A stretch of 64,000 nt of DNA, from assembly GCA_965198065.1 (NCBI GenBank), contig CBDAON010000004.1, positions 320,001 to 384,000 on the forward strand, written 5' to 3'. A program made the translations under genes and the position numbers. The DNA is from Longimicrobiales bacterium (GTDB taxonomy: Bacteria; Gemmatimonadota; Gemmatimonadetes; Longimicrobiales; Gaopeijiaceae). Below the pieces are notes generated by a model. It ran no database searches and was not told the origin of the DNA. It worked only from the letters and a program-made list of their open reading frames with translations. This document shows positions 50,505 through 60,531 of this stretch, piece after piece; position 1 is the first letter of the stretch; each line of letters begins with the position of its first letter.

Positions 50505-50683
50505 CGCGCTAGTCGAGGCCCTCGTGACCCCTGCCTAGCTCCCAATCGCAGCCAGTTCCTCGTACCCGTCCTGACGGACTATTGCGCCCCGCGGGGCTTC
50601 CCGGAAAGCTCGATGGACGCCCGGCGGACCGAGCTTGCCTCCGCTCCACGCCCTCTTTACCACCGCGCGAAGCAGAGTGATCG

Positions 50684-50809
50684 CGATGGTTCCGGGCGCA
50701 CGACGTGAGGACCGGCGAGGTCCTCTTGGAGGCGCGACTCGGCACCTCCGCCCCGGGGCACCCGATCTCGTTCGCGGTGGACGGGAAGCAGTACATCGCG
50801 GTAACGACG
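50684..50809 (+). pseudogene. Orphan C-terminal fragment of a PQQ dehydrogenase-like gene
   Basis: RWFRAHDVRTGEVLLEARLGTSAPGHPISFAVDGKQYIAVT, preceded in frame by TGA, no start codon. Confidence 0.7.
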
Positions 50810-50822
50810 GCGGCAGCGCAGC

Positions 50823-52700
50823 CTACGGCGCCGCGTCGGTCGGCCCGCTCACGAAGGCCCTCATGAGGAGCCACCCGTCCGGATCGAGGCGGAGACGGGT
50901 CGGGCGAGACGGCAGGGTCACCGAGACCGACCACTCGCGTCCGTCTACCCACTCGGTGACGCGGTGGACCCCTCCCGCGAGCTGGAACTCGAGCTCCACC
51001 GGCATTTGGAAGGTCGGCCAATCTTCCGGCTGATCCTGGACGATCGAGACCCGGGCTCGCTGGGACCGTTCGTCCCAGCTCCATTCCACCCGGTAGGTCG
51101 GGTATCCCGGTGAGTGGAGCCACTGCTGGAAGAACCAGTCCAGGAGCTCGCCCCTGACCTCGTCGAACGCGGCCTGGAGATCGGCCGTCACCACGTTTCC
51201 ACCGGTGTGCCGCTGGTAGTAGCTCCGGATCTGGTTGAAGAACGTCCGGTCTCCGACCACCCACCGTAGCATGTGCAGGACGAGCGCACCCTTGTCGTAC
51301 GAGTTCGCGTTGAGGAGGTCCAACAGGTTCGACGCGGTCGAGTCCACCACCGGGCGGTCGACCACGTCCGAGGTCAGGTATCGCTCCCGGGACCGCGCCA
51401 TCCGGGTCTGGAAGGCCTCCGGCCCCTCGATCCGCTCACGAAACACGGCCGCGAAGTACGTTGCGAAGCCCTCGGAGAGCCAGAGGTGCGGCCAGTCCGC
51501 GGGCGTGACCGCATCCCCGAACCACTGGTGCGCGATCTCGTGGGCGACGGTGTCCTCGATGTCGCGCCCTTCGGCAATCGCCTCTTCCGAGTAGAAGATG
51601 GCGGACGCGTTCTCCATCCCCCCGAAGCGGGTCGAGGCCTGCACGTTCGCAAGCTTCTCGAAGAGATACGGACCGAACAGATCCGTGAACGCGTCCACCA
51701 TCTGCCCGGAGCGGCCGAAGATCTCCCGAGCGAACGCCGTGTCGGGTGGGAACGCCCACGACGTCACCTCTATGCACCCGTCGGACCGGGGAGAGGCGGG
51801 CGCCGCCCCGCACGCCGCCACCCCCTGATCCAGCACTTCGAGGTTCGCGATCCCCACGACCATGAGGTAGGTGGGGATCGGAACCCGTGTCCCCCAGCGC
51901 CAGGTCACGAGCCCCTCGATCCCACCGGTGCGAGCCGGATCGGCCGGCTCGGGCTCCCCCGTCTGGGCCCCATTCGCGATCACGCTATAGGCGGGCGGCA
52001 CGTGCACGGTATACGAAACCGTGGCCTTGTCCGACGGGTGGTCGTTCGACGGGAACCAGAAACGCGCCCGATTCGGCCAGTTGTCCGCGAAGACGGTTGG
52101 CTCCCCGTGCACGTTCCGCCCGATGATGAGGCCGTCGTCCGGGGTGCCACGCGTCATGACCTCGACCTGGAGGGTGTCGTAGACCCCGGGCATCCCGGGG
52201 CTCACCATGCGGAGGAGGCCTGGATCCTGGCGGAACTGAATCGGGACCCCGCGAGCCGTGACCGCCTCGACCGCGAGTCCCGACAGGTCGACGGTCACCG
52301 TGTGGACGCCGCGACCCTCCCTCAAGTACCGGATGACGGTCCGCGCCGCGATCCGATCACCCTCGGGTGGCACGACCAGCTCCACGTCGTAGTGGAGCAC
52401 GTCAATCGCGTCGTGGTAGCGGTCCGCCTCGGGAGGGAGCCCGATGGGAACGGGGTCGGGCTCGGTCCACCCGGCAGCCGGGTCGAGGGGGGGCGGGGAG
52501 AGGGTGTCCCAGACGAACGCGGGAGCGTCCTCTCCGTAGAGCCAGCGGAGCGGCCGCTCCCAGTCCACGTCAGAGAGGTACGCGCACCCCGCCGAAGCCG
52601 CTGAGGCCGTTAACCCCACGGCCGCCAGGACGATGGCCCTTCCGCGTGCCGTCGGGGGCGGGGCGGCGGCTCGGCTGATCGTTCGGCCCTCCCCTTGCAC
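50823..52700 (-). CDS. M1 family aminopeptidase (probable lipoprotein)
   Basis: GGMENA, HEIAHQWFG...WLSEGFATY, YDKGA; SAGC lipobox-like. Confidence 0.92.
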   Translation of the reverse strand: MQGEGRTISRAAAPPPTARGRAIVLAAVGLTASAASAGCAYLSDVDWERPLRWLYGEDAPAFVWDTLSPPPLDPAAGWTEPDPVPIGLPPEADRYHDAIDVLHYDVELVVPPEGDRIAARTVIRYLREGRGVHTVTVDLSGLAVEAVTARGVPIQFRQDPGLLRMVSPGMPGVYDTLQVEVMTRGTPDDGLIIGRNVHGEPTVFADNWPNRARFWFPSNDHPSDKATVSYTVHVPPAYSVIANGAQTGEPEPADPARTGGIEGLVTWRWGTRVPIPTYLMVVGIANLEVLDQGVAACGAAPASPRSDGCIEVTSWAFPPDTAFAREIFGRSGQMVDAFTDLFGPYLFEKLANVQASTRFGGMENASAIFYSEEAIAEGRDIEDTVAHEIAHQWFGDAVTPADWPHLWLSEGFATYFAAVFRERIEGPEAFQTRMARSRERYLTSDVVDRPVVDSTASNLLDLLNANSYDKGALVLHMLRWVVGDRTFFNQIRSYYQRHTGGNVVTADLQAAFDEVRGELLDWFFQQWLHSPGYPTYRVEWSWDERSQRARVSIVQDQPEDWPTFQMPVELEFQLAGGVHRVTEWVDGREWSVSVTLPSRPTRLRLDPDGWLLMRAFVSGPTDAAP

Positions 52701-52704
52701 GCCC

Positions 52705-55566
52705 CTACTCAGGCATGAGGGTGACCCTGAAATAGTTCTCCGTGTCGAGGACGCGCCGGGCCATCTCCTGCACGTCCGCGGGCGTGAGCCCGTCCACGGT
52801 CGCCCCGAACGTATCGACGGCCGAGCCCGGGGGCACTCCCCGCTGATAGTCGGCCACCAGCTGGTTGAGCCACGTGCGGTTGCTCGAGAAGTCCGTCTCG
52901 AACTGCCGGAGGAGCGCCTCCCGTGCGTCCGCCGTCTCGGACTCCGTGGGGCCGGTGGCCTTGATCGTCTCGAGGGCTTCGAAGATGGCGTCGAGCAGCT
53001 CCTCGGTGCGCTCGGGATCCGAGCCGAAGCCGATCGAGAACTGGTACGCCTCCTCGGGACGCCACGACAGCCCCGGGCCGACTCCGATGCTGTACGTGCC
53101 GCCCAGCACCTCGCGGATCTCGCTGTTCAGGCGCGTGTCGAGGGTCATCGCCAGGGCTCGGATCGCGGCCCGGGCAACCTGGTCTCCGTAATCGAACGGG
53201 CCCGTGAAGGTGACGACCGTCTGACTGATCGGCTCGAGGCCCCGCTCGACCGTCTCCTCGACGACACCTCTCGGAGGCCGCACGCCGACGTCCCGCCAGG
53301 TCTCGTCCCGGTCCGTGGCGGGAAGGGCGCCCAGGTAGCGCTCCACGAGAGGGCGCATGACGTCGAAGTCGATGTTTCCCACGAACACGAACGTGAAGTC
53401 GTCCGTGTCGGCGAAACGCTCCTGGTAGAAGGCGAACGACTCGGCCAGATCGGTCTGGTCCAGGGTGGCGACCGTGACGGGTCGTTCTCGCGGGTGGTCC
53501 TGGGTGATGATGCGCACGTACGCGTCGTTGAACGCCGTGTTGGGATCCGCGTCCCGGTTGGCGAGCGACTCCCGGGCACGGTTGAGCCACACCTGGTAGT
53601 ACTGCTCGTCCATTCGCGGCTCGGTCAGACGAAGGTAGATGAGCTGGAACAGCGTCTCGAGATCGCGGATCGACGCCCCTCCGCTCACGCCCTCCTCGAA
53701 GTCCGTGATGAACGGGCTCGCCGAGGCCACCGTCCCAGCGAGAAGCCGGTCCAGCGCGATCGCGTCGAAGTCGGCAACGCCACCCGCCGTAATGAGCTGG
53801 GCCGCGGTCATCGCCGGAACGAAGTCCTCGTCGGAAGCGAGGGACGTCCCGCCCGTGCTGTACGCCCGGAAGACGACCTCGTCCTCCTCGAAGTCCGTGG
53901 ACTTGAGCGCGACCAGGATCCCGTTGGCGAGCCGCCACTCGGTGATGCCCCGCTCCAGCTCGCGAGTCTCGACCACGGGCGACCCGGTAGGAACGTCATC
54001 CAGGAGCGTCTCCGCGGCCACCCGGTCCACGTAGGGCGTGATCTCCGCCGTCTGGACGCCCTCGAGCACGGCGGCGAGCTCTGTCTCGTCCGGGAGGTCC
54101 GATTGGGCGCCCTCCGGTCCAGACACCAGGACTACTCGATTCGAGTCCGTGATCCAGCTCTGGCCCACCCGGTTCACCTCGTCCAGCGTGATCTCCGGGA
54201 CGAATCGCTGATAGAGCTCCCACTCGTACTCGATCCCCGGAATCGCCTCGCCGTCCAGCAACGCCCGTGTGTACTCGGCGGCGAACGAACCCGAGGGAGT
54301 GTTCACCCGGTTCGTGTAGATCTGCTCGATCTGTCGGAGAATGTTGGTCTTCGCTCGCTCGAGCTCCGTTTCCGTGAATCCGAACCGCTCGACCCGCTCC
54401 GCTTCCTCGAAGAGAGCCGCGAGCCCGCGCTCCACCCCACCCTCGGGAACCGTGGCGCTCAGGGAGTAGATCTTTTCCGTGCGCACAAACATGCCCTGGG
54501 ACCCCGAGGCTCCCAGAAAGGGCGCCTCCGGCTGGCGGGCGATCTCGGCGAAGCGGTCGTTCAAGAGCGAGTTGTAGAGCCCCTCGACGATCGTCTGGCG
54601 GTAGCCCCCCACGGTCCAGTCGTGATTCGCGTCCATCTTGTGGTAGACCGATACGCTCGACGTGGTGAGCTCGGGGTCCGTGACGATGGAGTAGAGGGTC
54701 TCCTCATGGTCGGGCACGCTGTAGGCGACGCGCTCGCGGGTGCCTCCCGAAGGCGGCCAGTCCCCGAAGTGATCCGTGAGGAGCGCCTCCACCTCCAGGC
54801 GGTCGAAGTCTCCGATGGCGATCACCGCCATCAGGTCGGGCCTGTACCATTCGCGGTAGAAGCGACGGAGCGACTCGTGCTCGAAGGTCTCGATGTTCTC
54901 GATCGTCCCGATCGGTAGCCGCTCCGCGTAACGCGAGCCCTGGAAGATCACGGGATACTGCTCGTCCTGGACCCGGGCCTGGACCCCCCGTCGGAAGCGC
55001 CACTCCTCCACGATCACGTCTCGTTCCTGGTCGATCTCCTCAGGATCTAGGGTCATGCCGTGAGCCCAGTCCTCCAGGATCTGGAAGGCCGTGGCCATGT
55101 AACGCGGGTCGTCCGTGGGCACGGTCAGGCGGTAGGTCGTCTCGTCGAAGCCCGTGGAAGCGTTCACGCCGGCCCCGAAGCGCATCCCGATCGACTCCAT
55201 GAACTCGACGAGCTGCTGCTCCTCGAAGTTTTCGGTGCCGTTGAAGGCCATGTGTTCGAGAAAGTGGGCGAGGCCCAGCTGGTCGTCGTCCTCAACGATT
55301 GAGCCCACGCGCACGACGAGGCGGAGCTCCGCCCGGTTCCCGGGCTCCTGGTTCGAGCGAATGTAGTATCGGAGCCCGTTCGGGAGCTCGCCGAGCGAGA
55401 CGGCCGGGCTCGGAGGAATCAGGAGGTCGAGAGGCGCGGTTCGGGCCTCCTCGGGAACGGCAACCGGCTGGAGCTGCTGGAGCGCTAACGCGGGCGGGGC
55501 GAGTACCGTGAGGACCAAGAGCCCGACGAGTCCCGCGGGGGCGACACCACGGATGGCTTCCTTCAT
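52705..55566 (-). CDS. pqqL: M16 zinc protease (PqqL-like)
   Basis: GLAHFLEHMAFNG, NASTGFDETTY, RLPIG, WYRPD. Confidence 0.9.
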   Translation of the reverse strand: MKEAIRGVAPAGLVGLLVLTVLAPPALALQQLQPVAVPEEARTAPLDLLIPPSPAVSLGELPNGLRYYIRSNQEPGNRAELRLVVRVGSIVEDDDQLGLAHFLEHMAFNGTENFEEQQLVEFMESIGMRFGAGVNASTGFDETTYRLTVPTDDPRYMATAFQILEDWAHGMTLDPEEIDQERDVIVEEWRFRRGVQARVQDEQYPVIFQGSRYAERLPIGTIENIETFEHESLRRFYREWYRPDLMAVIAIGDFDRLEVEALLTDHFGDWPPSGGTRERVAYSVPDHEETLYSIVTDPELTTSSVSVYHKMDANHDWTVGGYRQTIVEGLYNSLLNDRFAEIARQPEAPFLGASGSQGMFVRTEKIYSLSATVPEGGVERGLAALFEEAERVERFGFTETELERAKTNILRQIEQIYTNRVNTPSGSFAAEYTRALLDGEAIPGIEYEWELYQRFVPEITLDEVNRVGQSWITDSNRVVLVSGPEGAQSDLPDETELAAVLEGVQTAEITPYVDRVAAETLLDDVPTGSPVVETRELERGITEWRLANGILVALKSTDFEEDEVVFRAYSTGGTSLASDEDFVPAMTAAQLITAGGVADFDAIALDRLLAGTVASASPFITDFEEGVSGGASIRDLETLFQLIYLRLTEPRMDEQYYQVWLNRARESLANRDADPNTAFNDAYVRIITQDHPRERPVTVATLDQTDLAESFAFYQERFADTDDFTFVFVGNIDFDVMRPLVERYLGALPATDRDETWRDVGVRPPRGVVEETVERGLEPISQTVVTFTGPFDYGDQVARAAIRALAMTLDTRLNSEIREVLGGTYSIGVGPGLSWRPEEAYQFSIGFGSDPERTEELLDAIFEALETIKATGPTESETADAREALLRQFETDFSSNRTWLNQLVADYQRGVPPGSAVDTFGATVDGLTPADVQEMARRVLDTENYFRVTLMPE

Positions 55567-55715
55567 CGCTCACTCCTTCGCTGTTCGACCGGGGTCCGTG
55601 AAGCTCTCGGCCCCCCGGCGTGGAGACGCTCCTCTCCGCCCGGCGGGGGCCCTCTAAGTATGGAGGAGCGGCGCCGGTCACGCGAGCGACGTCGCGCCCC
55701 CCTCGCCAACGCGTC

Positions 55716-55922
55716 TCAAGGAGGGGTCAGGACGATCCTGAACCCAATGAACAGCCGCCTCGCTCCCGGATCCGCTCCTCCGCGAACGGCAGCCCGCACG
55801 TTCTGCTCGGTGTCGCTGAACGAGCCTCCTCGCATGATCCAGAGCGCGTCTGCCTCGAGGTCCACGCGCTCGTTCCCCGGATCATAGGGGGTGGCCTGGT
55901 AGGGCGTCCGGGTCCACTCCCA
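55716..55922 (-). pseudogene. Orphan C-terminal fragment of an FGE-sulfatase (formylglycine-generating enzyme-like) protein
   Basis: WEWTRTPYQ...IMRGGSF...VRAAVR...FIGFRIVL*, with an in-frame stop a few codons upstream. Confidence 0.75.
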
Positions 55923-55943
55923 TGGAAGCCCGCCCCCACCGAA

Positions 55944-57048
55944 TCAACTCGGGGAGCGCGCGGCCCGGGCCGAGGCCGCCGGACCCCGGCTCGGGCGAGC
56001 CTCGTTCTCGGTACTGTCGTGAGCCAATCGGGTCGCCGTCTCCTTTCGGACCACAGGGGCCACGCTCGTTCCGAAGAGACTCGATCGCGCGTAAGACCCG
56101 GTCGTGAGGCATCGGACCCACCGTGAGCTGAAGGAGGAAACGGTCGTGCTGGAAGAGGATCTTTTCAGCGACCTGTTCCGGGTTCCCCACGAAGAGCGCG
56201 CCGTCCAGCCGGACTTCCCGGTCGAACTGATCCCGACCGAACGGCGGCCATCCGCGCTCCCGCCCGATGCGGGTCATCACCTCCGAGACGGGCGGAAACG
56301 CCGTGTCACCCGCGTCCTTGGCATCCTCGGCCAGGAAGCCGTGGGAGTTGATCCCGAGCCGGAGCGCCCGAGAGTCGTATCCCGCCTCCTCCGCGCTCTC
56401 CCGGTACAGCTCGACGATCGGCCGGAACCGCGCCGGGGCTCCTCCAATGATCGCGAGCGCCATGGGAAGCCCGAGCGCCCCCGCGCGCACGACAGAGCGG
56501 GGCGTCCCGCCCACCGCGATCCAGACCGGGAGGAGATCCTGCTCCGGGCGCGGGTAGACGCCCCGATCCTCGATGGGCTGGCGATGCCCTCCCGACCATG
56601 TGACGCGCTCCGCCTCCCTCACCCGGAGGAGGAGATCCAGCTTCTCGGAAAAGAGCTCGTCATAGTCAGTGAGGTCCTGCCCGAAGAGGGGAAACGACTC
56701 GGTGAACGAGCCGCGCCCCGCCATGATCTCCGCCCGACCGCCCGAGATCAGGTCCAGGGTGGCAAAGTCCTGGAACACCCGCACGGGGTCGTCCGAGCTC
56801 AGGACCGAGACGGCGCTCGTCAGGCGGATCCGCTTCGTGCGCGCCGCGGCCGCTGCCAAGACCACCGCCGGCGCGGACACCGCGTAATCGGGCCGGTGGT
56901 GCTCTCCCACACCGAAGACGTCGAGCCCGACTTGGTCCGCCAGCTCGATCTCTTCCAGGAGGTTTCGGATCCGCTCGCCCGCGCCGAGCTGTCGCCCGGT
57001 CACCGGATCGAGTCGGGTCTCGGCGAAGGTGAAGATCCCGAGTTCCAC
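55944..57048 (-). CDS. LLM-class flavin-dependent oxidoreductase; frameshift near 56079
   Basis: [38 protein letters not shown]. Removing one base restores [14 protein letters not shown]. Confidence 0.9.
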
Positions 57049-57090
57049 AGCCCGGGAATCTAACAGAGGGGGACAGACCGACCGAGGGCT

Positions 57091-57714
57091 TCACGCCTCG
57101 GCTGCGCGCTCCGCCTGTACCAGGTGCCACTCCTGGTGGCGGGGGAGTACGACGAGGCAGGAGTACACGTTGTAGCGAAGCCGAGAGTCAAACGGGGAGA
57201 CGATCTTGACCGAGGCGAGCGGAAGTCCGTCCGACGCGCGGGCCAGCGCGATCTGCTCGTCCTGGAGCCGGTCGAACTCCCGGACGACGTCCCCTGGGGG
57301 AAGCTCTCCTCGGGGAACGAACGCCGGCGAGGTTCGGATCCGTCCGAATCGGAGGCGGCCGACTCGCAGGACGGGCCCGGTTCCGGCCCAGAGGAGCCAA
57401 CCGACGGGGTCCCGCCGATAGCGCTCCGGCGGGGGTCCTCCCAGGCGACGGGCTTCGTCGAGCGCGTCCCGGAGAACGGGCACGTACGCCCGTCCCGTCA
57501 GGTTCAGGTGCTCCACGCACTCCGCCACCGACCAGCTCCCCGGCGCGGGGCGCCGGGCCCAGCGCTCGTCCGGAAGCGTGTCGACCAGGTCGTGGAGACG
57601 GTCGCGAGCGGCCTCGAGGTTTCGAACGACTCTAGCGAGCTGGGACCGAAGGCGCCCTGCCCCGCCCGTTGGCTCGCTCCGTTCGCTAGACCCGCCCGCC
57701 ACCCCCCGGCTCAC
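57091..57714 (-). CDS. DinB family protein
   Basis: RPAPGSWSVAECVEHL, C-terminal HQEWHLVQA; GTG overlaps the upstream stop. Confidence 0.85.
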   Translation of the reverse strand: MSRGVAGGSSERSEPTGGAGRLRSQLARVVRNLEAARDRLHDLVDTLPDERWARRPAPGSWSVAECVEHLNLTGRAYVPVLRDALDEARRLGGPPPERYRRDPVGWLLWAGTGPVLRVGRLRFGRIRTSPAFVPRGELPPGDVVREFDRLQDEQIALARASDGLPLASVKIVSPFDSRLRYNVYSCLVVLPRHQEWHLVQAERAAEA

Positions 57715-58436
57715 TGGCCCGCCTCGTGGAGGAACCGGAGTACGTCGCCCATCAGCCGATACATGGATCGATAGCGCTCTGGGCCCGGCGCTAGGATCTC
57801 CTCCTCGGTCTGCACATACGTCGAAGGCTCGAGGCCGCCCCGGCAGCATCGGACCAGCTCCCTCGCACCCTCGGGCGTCGTCTCCAAGTGGAACTGGAGG
57901 CCGATCGTGGACCGGCCGAGCTGGAACGCCTGATTGTCGCAGGCCTCGCTCCGGGCCAGGTGGACAGCCCCGCGAGGGAGGTCGAAGGTATCGCCGTGCC
58001 AGTGGAAGACCTCGGTGGACGGTGGAAATCGGAAGATCGGATCGCCGTCTCCGTCGGCCGCGGCCGGTTCCACCCCTCGGACCGCGAACCACCCGATCTC
58101 CTTCTCCCGGTTCCGGTACACCCTCGCGCCCATCGCGCTCGCTATCATCTGAGCACCCAGGCACACGCCGAGCACAGGCTTCCCAGACTCGACCGAGGCC
58201 CGAACCAGCCGCTTCTCGGGCACGAGCCAGCCGTGCTCCGCTTCGTGGTTCACACTCATGGGCCCGCCCATCACGACGAGGAAGTCGATCTCCTCCGGCG
58301 TCGGGAGCTCCACCGACTCGTATATAGGCGTGCGGGTGACCTCGTATCCGGCGGCTCCGAGCCACGGCTCGATGGCACCGAGCCCCTCGAAGGGAACGTG
58401 CTGGAGGTAATGCGCTCGCATGCGCGTGGGCTCCAC
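57711..58436 (-). CDS. Type 1 glutamine amidotransferase (GMP-synthase-like)
   Basis: LQHVPFEG, MGGPMSV, GVCLGAQ, WHGDTF, QFHLE. Confidence 0.92.
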   Translation of the reverse strand: MEPTRMRAHYLQHVPFEGLGAIEPWLGAAGYEVTRTPIYESVELPTPEEIDFLVVMGGPMSVNHEAEHGWLVPEKRLVRASVESGKPVLGVCLGAQMIASAMGARVYRNREKEIGWFAVRGVEPAAADGDGDPIFRFPPSTEVFHWHGDTFDLPRGAVHLARSEACDNQAFQLGRSTIGLQFHLETTPEGARELVRCCRGGLEPSTYVQTEEEILAPGPERYRSMYRLMGDVLRFLHEAGQ

Positions 58437-58477
58437 TCAGCGACCCGACGGTTGAGATGGGGAAGGTTCGCTAGCCA

Positions 58478-58594
58478 GCCAACCCTCCCGAGGTCGGGTA
58501 TCTCACGATCTCGAATGCTCTTCAATGGAGGCTGCAATACCGGCGGGCGATCGACCAGGCTGGTGCGGTCGACGGCATCTTGCGAGTGAGGTAA
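58478..58594 (+). pseudogene. C-terminal remnant of a probable type II restriction endonuclease
   Basis: NPPEVGYLTISNALQWRLQYRRAIDQAGAVDGILRVR* ends 5 bp before the methyltransferase ATG. Family recognised from memory. Confidence 0.6.
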
Positions 58595-58599
58595 ACAGC

Positions 58600-59031
58600 A
58601 TGGCTGTCCGGAAGAAGACCAAGAGCAAAGCAGAATTCGGGGACTTCTAAACCCCCCCGGCACTAACCGAGCAAGTGTGTGCCTTACTCGTCGATCACGG
58701 TCTTCATCCTTCTAGCGTCCTTGAGCCTACTTGTGGCACAGGGAGCTTCCTGGCTGCGGCGGTCCGGGCGTTTCCGGCTGCGCGCCAAATCGTGGGCATG
58801 GAGATCAACCCGCAGTACGTGGCTCAAGCAGAGAGCTTGTTGAACGGAGCGCGTTCGGATGCGCACGTCCACATTCAGCAGGCTGATTTCTTTCAGACCG
58901 ATTGGGAAGAGCTAATCCGTGACCTGCCGAAGCCACTTCTAGTTCTGGGTAATCCCCCCTGGGTGACGAGTGCGGAGCTCGGCAACCTAGGTAGCTCGAA
59001 TCTACCCGAGAAGTCCAACTTTCAGGCGTGA
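58600..59031 (+). pseudogene. DNA amino-methyltransferase pseudogene (nonsense mutation and truncation)
   Basis: MAVRKK...EFGDF*TP (expected FQTP), LEPTCGTGSF motif I, GNPPW motif IV; ends abruptly at 59031. Confidence 0.88.
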
Positions 59032-59171
59032 TATTTGGACCGCTCCAAGTCTCTGGGTAATTCCGGATAACTGGGCGAAGGATACGGGATCCGGAAGCTC
59101 TGTCACCTTTGTGGCCGGCAACGCGGGCAGGCGTGGCTTCCGACATCACCGATTCTCTTGTCCGAGGTAAA

Positions 59172-60413
59172 CTAACGTAGCGAAGAAGACCGACCATCCG
59201 CAGGCTTCCCACTGAGGTAGGCTTCCCAGTCACCCATGAGCCGGCGTCGGCGTTCGAACAGGTCCGTGCGCCGATAGGCCGCCTCAACCCTGTTCTGGAC
59301 GACATGCGCGAGAGCCGCCTCGATGACCTCGCGGGGATGATCCGTTTCCTCGGCCGCCCAATCGCGGAAGCTGGAGCGAAACCCGTGGGGCACGGCCGCG
59401 ATCTTGTGCTTCCCGAGCATCCGGCGCAGTTGCTTCTCCTCGAGCTGCTTGCCGAGCCGATTGGGAAACAGATACGGACTGGTTCCCTCCACGAGCGTCC
59501 GTGCCCCGTCCAGAATCTCCAGTGCACGACCACACAGCGGGACCCGGTGCTCGCGGTTCGCCTTCGTCCGCCTGGCCGGTACGGTCCACACGCCATTCTC
59601 CCGATCAATCTCGGTCCACTCGGCCCACCGCACCTCGCCCCACCGCGCTGCTGTCAGCACCAGGAACTCGAATGCCAGCCGGACGGCCGGAGGTACCGTC
59701 GATGCCCGCGCCGTCCGGATGGCCGCGGCCACCTCGCGATGTGGCAAGGCCCGCATGTGCTGCACGACCTTATGCTGTGGACCCAGGACCGGGCCAATCC
59801 GGTCGCACGGGTTGTCGATCCGAAACTCCATCGCCACCGCCCATTCCAACACCGCATGGAGGCGTTGGCGCAGCTTCCGGGCGGTGGCCGCCTTCGTGTG
59901 CCAGATGGGAGCGATGATCTCCAGCACGTCGGCGCTCGTGACCTCCGACACCGGCAGCTTCCCGACCCGCGGGAAGGCATACCGCTCGAAGGTCAACATC
60001 CAGTCGCGGCCCTGCGCCCGACTTCGCCACCCGGCCCGCTTCTGCTCGACCACACGTCGAGCGGCTTCGGCGAACGTGGGTATGCCAACGGAGCGCCGCT
60101 TCTCGGCCAGCGGGTCGCCGCCCGTGCGGGCCAGCTTGCGGTTGGCCAGCGCCTGCTCGCGGGCCTCGGCCAGCGAGACTAGGGTGACGCTGCCGAGTCC
60201 GAGCTCGCGCTTGCGGCCCCGGATCACGAGCCGCTGAATCCAGCTCCGCGTTCCCGTCGGCTGCACGTAGAGGTACAATCCGTTGCCGTCCGCGTGTCTT
60301 CCAGGCGGGGCGGTGCGCACGAAAGCGGCCGACAGGGCCTTGTCGGGATGACGGCCCTTGGGCTTCGTTTTCCGGGGCGAGCGGGCCTTGTTCGTTACAG
60401 AATCCATCCCCAT
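59172..60413 (-). CDS. P4-like tyrosine integrase (copy 1)
   Basis: DGNGLYLYV arm domain, LGLGS..VSLAEARE, TAAR, HRVPL, HGFR, LAH, AAY. Confidence 0.95.
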   Translation of the reverse strand: MGMDSVTNKARSPRKTKPKGRHPDKALSAAFVRTAPPGRHADGNGLYLYVQPTGTRSWIQRLVIRGRKRELGLGSVTLVSLAEAREQALANRKLARTGGDPLAEKRRSVGIPTFAEAARRVVEQKRAGWRSRAQGRDWMLTFERYAFPRVGKLPVSEVTSADVLEIIAPIWHTKAATARKLRQRLHAVLEWAVAMEFRIDNPCDRIGPVLGPQHKVVQHMRALPHREVAAAIRTARASTVPPAVRLAFEFLVLTAARWGEVRWAEWTEIDRENGVWTVPARRTKANREHRVPLCGRALEILDGARTLVEGTSPYLFPNRLGKQLEEKQLRRMLGKHKIAAVPHGFRSSFRDWAAEETDHPREVIEAALAHVVQNRVEAAYRRTDLFERRRRLMGDWEAYLSGKPADGRSSSLR

Positions 60414-60531
60414 ATAATATAGGGGATGGAAGTGGATATCAATGGATGCCGGAGTCGGAAGAATCCGCTAGGATGTGTCCATAACTTGTTGTTATAGCAG
60501 TTACTTATGGACTGTACTGGATGATACTGCA
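60403..60531. promoter_or_regulatory. att-like/autoregulatory module 5' of integrase 1
   Basis: tccatccccat-ataata-taggggatgga (60403-60430); IHF-like taacttgttgtta at 60482; tgga/tgga/tgca at 60508/60518/60528. Confidence 0.7.

Noticed and set aside
52633..54918. Long antisense or alternate-frame ORFs (e.g. 761 aa here, 36495-38030, 39792-41318)
   Set aside because: Shadow ORFs expected in high-GC DNA opposite well-supported genes; no recognisable motifs.
55716..55922. Diversity-generating retroelement template repeat
   Set aside because: Not AAY-rich, no paired variable repeat and no reverse transcriptase in the window.
58648..58650. Programmed stop-codon readthrough in the methyltransferase
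   Set aside because: It is TAA at an expected Gln codon and the gene is also truncated; simple nonsense mutation fits better.
58588..59172. 9-bp direct repeat gaggtaaac flanking the methyltransferase pseudogene
   Set aside because: Short enough to be chance and no element is defined between the copies.
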